A program made the position numbers and the translations under genes. The notes beneath the pieces are model-generated. The model saw nothing but the letters and a program-made list of their open reading frames with translations. It searched no databases and was not told the DNA's origin. Shown here in pieces: positions 1 through 8,900 of a stretch of DNA of 54,652 bases (position 1 is its first letter; every line of letters begins with the position of its first letter). This stretch comes from Candidatus Onthocola stercorigallinarum (lineage in GTDB: Bacteria > Bacillota_I > Bacilli_A > RF39 > UBA660), in the NCBI GenBank assembly GCA_018715145.1, contig DVMD01000079.1:1-54652 (forward strand), written 5' to 3'.

Positions 1-185
1 ATTGCTCTCATCTCTTTCATTGTGTCATAAAATTCTTCGCCCGGTTTTTCTCTCGGCTCAAAACCTATAATCAAGTTTCTTAATAACTCTGATTCATTAA
101 GTCCAACTTTCTTTGCTTTCTTTTTTAATTGTGTTGCTTCTTCTCTATTAAGCCATACTTGTTTTTTTATATTTCTATTTCTCAT
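1..185 (-). CDS. MobC-like ribbon-helix-helix relaxosome accessory protein, C-terminus cut by window edge
   Basis: Absent from the ORF track because it runs off the edge. ATG at 185 gives MRNRNIKKQVWLNREEATQLKKKAKKVGLNESELLRNLIIGFEPREKPGEEFYDTMKEMRA. The pattern (basic N-terminus, then LxxxAxxxGxSxSELLRxLI) is typical of MobC-type proteins that precede relaxase genes. Confidence 0.55.
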   Translation of the reverse strand, partial: MRNRNIKKQVWLNREEATQLKKKAKKVGLNESELLRNLIIGFEPREKPGEEFYDTMKEMRA

Positions 186-330
186 CTTGCACCTCCGTAT
201 TTGCCTTTTCTAACTCTGCACATTTTGCTTCCATTTCATTTATTCTGTTAATCTGTAAACAACACATAAGAGTTGTCATTGATAAACCTCCAATAATCAA
301 TCCCATTATAAAAAATAATAATTCTCTCAT
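175..330 (-). CDS. Small (51 aa) single-pass membrane protein of the conjugative element
   Basis: Hand-translated: MRELLFFIMGLIIGGLSMTTLMCCLQINRINEMEAKCAELEKANTEVQDEK. It has one hydrophobic helix and overlaps the mobC-like start by 11 nt, which suggests translational coupling. It falls below the ORF-track size cutoff. Confidence 0.4.
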   Translation of the reverse strand: MRELLFFIMGLIIGGLSMTTLMCCLQINRINEMEAKCAELEKANTEVQDEK

Positions 331-362
331 ATTTCATTTTCCTTTCTCACATAATTTTTATT

Positions 363-401
363 AAGAAAAAAGAGCCAACATATTTTTTAAATATTGGCTC
401 T
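363..401 (-). terminator. Rho-independent terminator after the 180-aa XRE gene
   Basis: Hairpin AGAGCCAA(c)ATATTT-tt-AAATATTGGCTCT at 371-401, followed on the minus strand by a T-run (forward A-run 365-370). Confidence 0.5.
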
Positions 402-420
402 GATATTCTCATAAGGGGTT

Positions 421-464
421 TGGGGACTTTCCCCACATACGAATATATACGGGAGTATATATTC
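421..464. promoter_or_regulatory. Candidate oriT inverted repeats
   Basis: TGGGGA-CTT-TCCCCA (421-435) and a perfect GAATATATAC-GGGA-GTATATATTC (441-464), lying just upstream of the small-TM/mobC-like operon. That is where oriT usually sits. Confidence 0.3.
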
Positions 465-505
465 AGTGCTGGCTAGGACATACCTTTCTTAAAGATATCC
501 TGTTC

Positions 506-1048
506 TTAAAGTAAACATCTTCCACATTCTGAACAAAAATATGGGCAATTTTTACAGCATTTTTCTTCAGTTTCTTCTGTAAACTCTTCCTCGATTTCTT
601 CGTCATCATCTTCAACTTCTTCAATTTCCATTTCAGTAAATTCATTTGCAATTTCCATTCCATCTAACTCAAATAAATCTACTTCATTTAAAATTTCATC
701 TACCATTTCAACTGCTTTTTCTTCACTTTCTGATCCAACTTCCAATTCAATTTGTTTTGATTTTTGTACTAAAACTTTAAACTTTTTCATACTTTCCAAT
801 CCTCTCTTTCTAATATTTTTATCAACTAAATAATTAGTTTCTTTTAATAAATTCACAAAATCCAAATCTAAAATTTCGCATAATTTTATTAAAGTTACTA
901 CATCAATTTTTGGCTTAAAACCATTTTCAATTCGTGATATTTCACTATGACTTACATCAATTAAATCTTCAATATCTCTTATTGTAAGTTTTAATTGATT
1001 TCTTCTGTCCTTTAAAATTTTTGCTAATTTATAATAATCAAATCTCAT
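506..1048 (-). CDS. XRE-family helix-turn-helix regulator with acidic linker and Cys-rich C-terminal tail
   Basis: N-terminus LKDRRNQLKLTIRDIEDLIDVSHSEISRIENG is a classic XRE HTH. The C-terminus is an acidic run followed by CCKNCPYFCSECGRCLL. Confidence 0.8.
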   Translation of the reverse strand: MRFDYYKLAKILKDRRNQLKLTIRDIEDLIDVSHSEISRIENGFKPKIDVVTLIKLCEILDLDFVNLLKETNYLVDKNIRKRGLESMKKFKVLVQKSKQIELEVGSESEEKAVEMVDEILNEVDLFELDGMEIANEFTEMEIEEVEDDDEEIEEEFTEETEEKCCKNCPYFCSECGRCLL

Positions 1049-1052
1049 AATT

Positions 1053-2021
1053 TTACCTTTCCCTTTCTCTATTTTTCTTTGGATTTATTCCTAATTTTTT
1101 ACACAAAAAATCATTGACGTCCTTTCCAACTTTTGGTGGATCATCAATGATTTCATACTTATCTTTTAGCAATGTTTGAATTGCTAATGATGAGTTTCTA
1201 CCTGCATTGTCATTATCTAAATGAAGAATAATCTTTTTAATTTCTTGGTGTTCATTAAGATAATATTTTAAAGAAATTGGTAATGAACTATCCTTTATTT
1301 CTTTGGCAGGTTGATAAACTCCTCCTAATGATATAAGTGTTTCATTATACCATTCAAGGTTATATATTTTCATTAAAGTAGCATAAGAAAGTAAATCAAT
1401 AGCACTTTCAAATAGATGTATTCTATCTGTTTTTTCTAGTGCCTCTAATCTAAAAGAAAAAGCCTTATGGCTTCCTGTTGCTTCTTTCATATACCTACTT
1501 TCATTTGTTCCTCTACACATTGCATACCTTGCGTTTTTATTGTTATCATATCCAACAAATACAACATTATTGTTAGGATAATCTTGATAAATCAAATCAT
1601 TATCTATACATTCTTGTATGATATTTTCATCAATTCCTCGACTAACTAGATATGCTTTTGCCTTATCATTATTTGGTGCTTTCTTTGGTAAATATAATCT
1701 ATTTTCCTTTTTTGTAGAGTAACTTTTATAAGGTCTTGGTGGTACAACTGCTACTTTACCAACAATAGTTTCTACTGCTTCTAAAAAAGAATATTCTTTT
1801 ACTTGTATTAAATATTCTAATGCACTTTTGCCACCAATTCCTCTTGAAAACCAATACCACATACCATTACTTATTTTTAAACTATCGTGAGTTTTGGTCA
1901 TAAAAGTATTTCTATTGAACTGTACTAATTCTTCTGGCTCATAGTTTTTTAAATAAGTTAGTAAGTCCATTTGTTTTACTTTTTGAATAATCTCTGGTGG
2001 GTAGTAAGCCATATATATCAC
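1053..2021 (-). CDS. DUF3991/Toprim domain protein (conjugative-element primase-like)
   Basis: The N-terminal region (LLTYLKNYEPEELV...SLKISNGMWYWFSRGIGGKSALEYL) is typical of DUF3991 proteins. The C-terminal Toprim signature is HLFESAIDLLSY ... LHLDNDNAGR. Confidence 0.8.
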   Translation of the reverse strand: MIYMAYYPPEIIQKVKQMDLLTYLKNYEPEELVQFNRNTFMTKTHDSLKISNGMWYWFSRGIGGKSALEYLIQVKEYSFLEAVETIVGKVAVVPPRPYKSYSTKKENRLYLPKKAPNNDKAKAYLVSRGIDENIIQECIDNDLIYQDYPNNNVVFVGYDNNKNARYAMCRGTNESRYMKEATGSHKAFSFRLEALEKTDRIHLFESAIDLLSYATLMKIYNLEWYNETLISLGGVYQPAKEIKDSSLPISLKYYLNEHQEIKKIILHLDNDNAGRNSSLAIQTLLKDKYEIIDDPPKVGKDVNDFLCKKLGINPKKNRERER

Positions 2022-2368
2022 TACCTTTCCATAGATTTATTCTTTTCTTTTTGTTCTCTTTTTAAAGTTTCTATTGTATCATCTATACTGTATTCTAAAG
2101 ACTCGTGTATTCCTCCATCAAAATCCATCCATCCTTGATAAAGTTCTTCAAGTGGCTTTTCACATTTGTTTAATGCTTTAATATCACTAATATCATATTT
2201 CTCATATTCTGGATAAAACATTGAAACAAGTTCCTCTTTCATAACTTTTTCATAGGCACTATCTATAATTTTTTCCGGAGATAATTGCTTTAAATTTTCA
2301 ATAAAAAGATCATATTCTTTTTCCATTTTACTATATAATTCTTCTCTAACATTCATAATATTTTCCAC
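2021..2368 (-). CDS. Hypothetical conjugative-element protein (DUF3848-like from memory)
   Basis: 115-aa ORF whose stop abuts the start of the Toprim gene. It is acidic and helical. The family call is from memory only. Confidence 0.55.
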   Translation of the reverse strand: MENIMNVREELYSKMEKEYDLFIENLKQLSPEKIIDSAYEKVMKEELVSMFYPEYEKYDISDIKALNKCEKPLEELYQGWMDFDGGIHESLEYSIDDTIETLKREQKEKNKSMER

Positions 2369-2411
2369 CTTTCTTTGTTTTAATTACAATAAAAAAAGCA
2401 ACTAGATTTCT

Positions 2412-2651
2412 CTAATCGCTTTTCCTTTCAGTAAAGAATTTTACTATTGGAACATTTAAAATAATTGATATATTCTCTATTAAAACAAGTGTTGGCTCTT
2501 TCTTATATTTTTCTTGTTCCAAATTTTCTATAAACTTTTTTGTCTTACCAAGTCTTACTGATAATTCTTCTTGACTTAAATTATTTTGCTCTCGATAATA
2601 TTTAATATTATTTGTAACTATCGTTTTTAATTTACAATTTTTATCACTCAT
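2412..2651 (-). CDS. Small XRE-family HTH regulator
   Basis: NIKYYREQNNLSQEELSVRLGKTKKFIENLE is an XRE HTH pattern. Confidence 0.75.
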   Translation of the reverse strand: MSDKNCKLKTIVTNNIKYYREQNNLSQEELSVRLGKTKKFIENLEQEKYKKEPTLVLIENISIILNVPIVKFFTERKSD

Positions 2652-2652
2652 T

Positions 2653-2934
2653 CTAATTATCCTCCATTACAATTTTTTGAAAATAGTTTTCTTTCGTTAA
2701 AGATTCCAAACTGGTATTTAATGTTTTACATATATCTATTACAACAGCTACAGGAGGAATCTTTTTTAATTTTAGGCTTTCTAATCTTTCAATATAATCT
2801 TTAGGTTTACCTATGATTATTGATAATTCTTCTTGACTCAAGTTGGCTTTTATTCTATAAATCATAATGTTTATAGCCAATTTATTCATCAATTCAAAAT
2901 CTTCACTTGCCATATAATTCTTCCTTTCCTGCAA
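2653..2934 (-). CDS. Small XRE-family HTH regulator (tandem paralogue)
   Basis: NIMIYRIKANLSQEELSIIIGKPKDYIERLE. It sits directly upstream of the 79-aa paralogue. Confidence 0.75.
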   Translation of the reverse strand: MQERKNYMASEDFELMNKLAINIMIYRIKANLSQEELSIIIGKPKDYIERLESLKLKKIPPVAVVIDICKTLNTSLESLTKENYFQKIVMEDN

Positions 2935-2974
2935 CCATTATAAATAATCAAAAGAAGATAAACAAATGTGCAAA

Positions 2975-5900
2975 TTATCTTGCATAAGCCTTTTCGTAGG
3001 TTTGACATTCTACTTCTTCATTATCAGAGAAATCTATTACTTCTTTTTCCTTATCATTCATATTTAATTTTATATTTAATTCGTCTAATCTTTTAGATTT
3101 TTCTTTTAATTCTTGCTCTTGTTTGAAAGGTCTTTTTGCTTCTTCTTTTGCATTTTCAAATTGTAAATTGGTATCTTCTAGTGATGTTATAGTATCTTTT
3201 AATATTTCGTTTATATCTTTTAATTTATTATCAATACGTGTAATATTTCCACTAGGATCAGTTCCTAAACTAACTTCATAAGACAATTTATTTTTTAAAA
3301 TCAAGTTAAAAGTTCTTCCTACTTTATCAAACTCAATACTTGTTTTAAATCCTTTATATTCTCCCAATTCTATTGGCTCTGGATTAGTCATACCCTTACA
3401 AATTTCTAATATTCTATTTCCTGCTTCCATTCTATCTGTATAGGTTTTATCTTTAATAACCATACTATCGAACTTAATTTCTTCGGTCTGTAAATTACTA
3501 TTTAATAGTTCTATATCTTCTTTTAAATCCGATATTTTTGTTTTTAATCTTTTAATTTCATTAGGATAATATTTAATTATTTTATCCTCTATTGCATATA
3601 TCTGACTTAAATGACTTTGCTTTAATAATTTTAATTTGGCAACCTCTGTATCAAGTTCTGTCTTTTCAATTATTAGGGGATTACCAGAAGCAAGAGATTT
3701 AATTTCAGCATAAGATAAAGCTGTTTCATCAATATCTTCTGCACTTCTAACTGGTGTTTTAGAAGTCATTATTTGTGAAATAAATCGTTGTTTATTTTCT
3801 ACCAACTGATAAAGATATGCGTCAAATGTTCCCTCAGTTACATAGCGATAGATAAACACCTCTGGATTATTATTTCCTTGTCTGATAATTCTTCCAGAGC
3901 GTTGTATTAAATCGCTAGGTCGCCACGGACAGTCAAGATCGTGTAATGCTATAAGTTTATCTTGGCAGTTAGTTCCTGCACCCATTTTTTGGGTACTGCC
4001 CATTAAAACTCTGGTAATTCCTTTCCTAACTTTTGCAAATAATTCTTTCTTTCTAATATCAGTATTTGCATAATGAATAAATTGTACTTCATCTTCTGGT
4101 ACACCCATTTCTTCTAGTTTTTTCTTTAAGTCATCATATACATTAAACTTACCATCATTGTGTGGAGTGGACAAGTCACAGAATACAAGTTGAGTAAGTT
4201 TTTGGTCTTTATTTTCTTCCCATATACGATAAATATTTTTAGCACAGGTAGCAACTTTACTGTTTGGATCATCTGGTAATATTTCATTCATAAGTCTTTG
4301 ATCTAGTGCTAATTTTCTACCATCATTTGTAATTTTAAGCATATTATCAATAGATGAGTCTACCATTTTATTTCTTACTCTTTCAGCACGTTCTGCAAGT
4401 TCTGCAACCATTTCTTTTTGCAATTCAGTAGGCTTTACTACAACATTTTCATAGTTTGCTTTTGGTACTGGTAGATTAAGCATATCTGATGTTTGAATAT
4501 CAGCAACTTCTTTAAACATTGCAAGTAATTCTGGTAGATTATAGAATTTTGCAAATCTTGTTTTAGCACGATAACCTGTCCCCTCTGGTGCAAGTTCTAT
4601 GGCAGTTACTGTTTCTCCAAAGGTCGAAGCCCAAGCGTCAAAATTCTGGAGATTTCTTTTTTCAAGTTCTGCATACTGCAAATATCTTTGCATTGTATAT
4701 AATTCTACCATACTATTACTTACTGGTGTTCCTGTGGCAAACGTAACACCTTTTCCACCAGTTAGTTCATCAAGATAGCGACATTTCATATATAAATCAC
4801 TAGATTTTTGTGCTTCTGTTTGAGCTATGCCACCCACGTTTCTCATCTTTGTATATAAAAAGAGATTCTTATAATAATGTGCTTCATCAACAAATATTCT
4901 ATCGACACCTAACTCCTCAAATGTGACAACATCATCTTTTCTTGATGTGTCATTTAATTTCTTTAATTTTGTTTCCAAAGTCTTTTGTGTTTTCATTAAC
5001 TGTTTGATAGTAAATCTTTCTCCGTGATTTTCTTTTAAATCTGCTATGCTTCGCATAATGTCATCTATTTGCTTTTGTAGTATTTGTGTTTGTCTTTCAA
5101 CAGACATTGGTATTTTTTCAAATTGACTGTGTGAGATAATAACTGCGTCATAATCTCCTGTTGCGATTCGTGAACAAAACTTCTTTCTATTACCAGTTTC
5201 AAAGTCTTTCTTTGTCGTTACGAGAATGTTCGCAGATGGATATAATTGCAGAAATTCTGAACTAAACTGTTCCACAATATGATTAGGTACTACAAACATA
5301 CTTTTATTACATAGTCCTAATCTTTTTGCTTCCATAGCTGCAGCAACCATTGTAAACGTTTTCCCTGCTCCAACTTCGTGTGCTAATAAGGTATTACCTC
5401 CATAAAGTATTCTTGCTACTCCATTTATTTGATGTTTTCGTAGTTTTATTTCTGGATTCATTCCATTAAATCTAATATGTGAGCCATCAAATTCTCTTGG
5501 TCGAATTGAATTAAATTTTTCATTATATATTTTACATAGTCTTTGTCTACGTTCTGGATCAGTCCATATCCATTCTTCAAAAGCACTCTTTATTTGTTCT
5601 TGCTTTGCTTGTGCAATAGCCGTTTCTTTTTTATTTAATTCTGGTACTCGCCTACCCTCATCATCTATTGTATAATCATAAACTCTTACATCTTTTAAAT
5701 TAAGTGTTTCTTCTATAATTTTATAAGCATTTACTCTATGAGTACCAAAAGTAGAATTGGCTTTTACATTTCCTCTATCATAGTTTTTATTTTCAATACT
5801 CCATTGGGCTGTACTTTCCATATAATGAACTTTCACACTATCTTTTACATACCAAGATGGAGTTAGTAAATACCACATAAATTCTTCTATATCTTCTGGT

Positions 5901-8900
5901 GGCAACCACGTTGCACCTAATCTTACGGCAATTTCACTTGCTTCTAAATCTTTGGGTTGTACTTCTTTTAAATGTTTTACATTTGTTTCAAACCTTGAAT
6001 CTGTTTTAGAAAATTCTTCGGCTATTTTTAATTTTTCTCTAACATTACCACTCAAATATTCATCAGCAGTTACCCATATATTTGGATCACCGTAAGTTGG
6101 AACATTGAATATCTGTCCCTCTAAATCTTCTATCATTTTATCCATATCCATACCAGTTAATTTTTGCATATAATCAAGGTCAACTCTTGCCTTTTCAGAT
6201 ATAGATACAACTAATGCTTCTTGGGCAGTATCAACTTTTGTTATTTCAATATTTGGCTTAATAGTTCTTTTTGTGAACATATCAGCCTTGCATTTTAATT
6301 CTTTATTTTCGTCTAATATTTCTAACGAACATAATAAATAAAAACTATTATCATTAGAAAAAGCAGAGGTATTTGCTCTGCTATTGATAAGACCATATTT
6401 TTTTGTAAAATTATCATATAAAACATTTAACTTTCTTTGTTCTTGCTTTATATCTTCGTCTGGATAATCTTCTGTTTGTAGTTCAATTAAAGTTCTAACA
6501 CAATCTCTAATTTCAATTAAGCCTTTTATTCTATTTTGAGTAGTAAGTGGTAATTCTTGTGGATACATTCTACTGTTTTCACGATAATATATTTTATTAT
6601 CTACTAATGTGTATGAGAAGTTTCTAACACTTACATCAGCAGGAATTGATAAATCTTCCTCATTTTCTTCTACGTCATCAAATTCATATTCTTTTATTTC
6701 AGCGTGTATATTTTGAATTGCTTTATTTAATTGTTCTTCAAGTGTAGTATCTTCATTTGCTTTACAAGCAGAGTCCATACCAAATTGTGTAGATTCCATT
6801 ACCATATTTCCACAAATCATCTCTGGATAATCTATGAAATATTTATTCATTTTGATACCATCTTCATTTGTATCTAAATGCACCCACTCTGGCTCTAAAT
6901 CTGTGATAGAATCTCTTTTTTGTAGGAATATAATATCTGAAGTTACTTTTGTTCCTGCGTTTGCTTTGAAAGTATTATCCGGCAAACGAATAGCACCTAA
7001 AAGGTCTGCTCTTTGAGCAATATATTTTCGTACAGCAGAACTTTCCTTATCAAGTGTACCTTTACTCGTGATAAAAGCAATAACTCCTCCCGGTCTTACT
7101 TTATCTATGGCTTTTGCAAAGAAATAATCGTGAATCAAAAAATTGTGTTTATCATACTTTTTATCTAGTAATTTAAAATCTCCAAATGGGACATTTCCAA
7201 TACAACCATCAAAAAAAGAGTCTGGAAGTGCAGTATTTTCAAACCCTTGTACTGCAATAGAACTCTTTTGATATAATTGTTGTGCTATTTTACCAGATAT
7301 TTTATCAAGTTCTACTCCGTATAATTTACATTCATTAAGAGTTTCTGGCAACATTCCTATAAAATTACCCGTACCACACGCAGGCTCTAGGATATTTGCC
7401 GTTTTCATACCCATTTGTTCTAGTGCTTTATACATTGTTCTAATAACTACTGGTGGTGTATAAAAAGCAGTTAAAGTTGATTCCATTGCTGATTTATATT
7501 CATCTTCATCTAGCAAATTCTTTAATTCTAAATACTCACTCTCCCAAGAACTATTTTTCTCATCAAAGGCTTGTGGTAATCCACCCCATCCAACATATTG
7601 AGATAACACTTTTTGTTCTTCTGGTGTAGCAAAACGATTTTCTTTTTCACACAATTTCAAAACTTTAATTGCTTCAACATTTCGATTAAACTTTTCTCTA
7701 TCTGTTCCAACACCTAACATATCATCAGTAATATGAAAATTGTACCTATCTTCATTTTTAATTTCTGGGTGTAAATCAAAAGTAGTAACTTTCGATTTTT
7801 TCTTTTTTTCAAAAGCAGGTACAAATTCTGTCTTTTCTTTTTCAGTCAGTAATTCTTTTACATAGTCTATATTTTCTTCTCTAAATATAGGAAAGCCAGT
7901 TGTACCTTGAAAAGTAACATCTCTTAAAGATACTCTATCATTATGGATAGTATCAACAATAAACTCTCTATTATCTATTGTTAGATGTTCTCCCACAAGA
8001 TCATCAACTTGTGATGTTTGCTCCTGTATTTCTTCTTTTGTTTCTTCTTTTGGAGTTATTTCTTCTACTGTCTTACTTTTCTTTACCTTTAAATGGTCAT
8101 TAGCAGGATTTTCTTGAACTTTCCTATCAAATTCTTCTCGTGTCATTTCCTTATTAAACAAAGGATATTGATAATCATATAATCTAACTGTGTTTTCATC
8201 AAATGAAAGAATTTCGTATTCTTCTGCACCAATATATACTTTATCTCCTAAATGATACTCATATTCTTCAATAAAATCTTCTTGTTGTTCTACTATTTCA
8301 ATATCATTTTGTTCTTCTTGTTCTAAAACATTTTCATCTTTATATTCTTCTCTTTGACTATTTTCATATTTTTCTAACCACGTTGGATAATATTCTTTTT
8401 CTTTTGGGTTTAGATAACGATCCAAACTTATTAGTTCTTTTAATCGTTTTTCAATAGTATTCCATTTTAATAATATTTCTATCTCATCTGCTTCATATCC
8501 TCGATATAAAGTAATTCCTTTACCATTGCTATTAAACCCAACACCAGAGCCTTTTACCGTATGGCTACTTCCACTTATTCCATAAAGATTTTTTAAAAAT
8601 GTTATATTATCACTTGTAGACAAACTGCTTTGTAATTGTCTATAAATATAATACTTTCTTTCAGAGTTTTGCTCTTGAAAAAAAGTATCTATGAACTCTT
8701 GTGAAAATTCTAACTCTGGTCTTTCTTGTTCTTCAGTAAGGTCTAGTAATGATAATTGTTCTTTTTCAGTAGGTAACTTCTGTTTTCTATCATATAACTG
8801 TTTCAACAATATCATTGAATTATAATGTTCAGTTAAATCTTCCCAACTTATAAAACTTTCGGTATCTCTTGATAGGAAGTTTCCTTTCCAAATTAAAAGT

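Noticed and set aside
463-663. 66-aa minus-strand ORF overlapping the 3' end of the XRE gene
   Set aside because: It lies in an alternative frame of a well-supported gene. The product is K/L-rich and low in complexity, it has no RBS, and it runs into the oriT-like hairpins.
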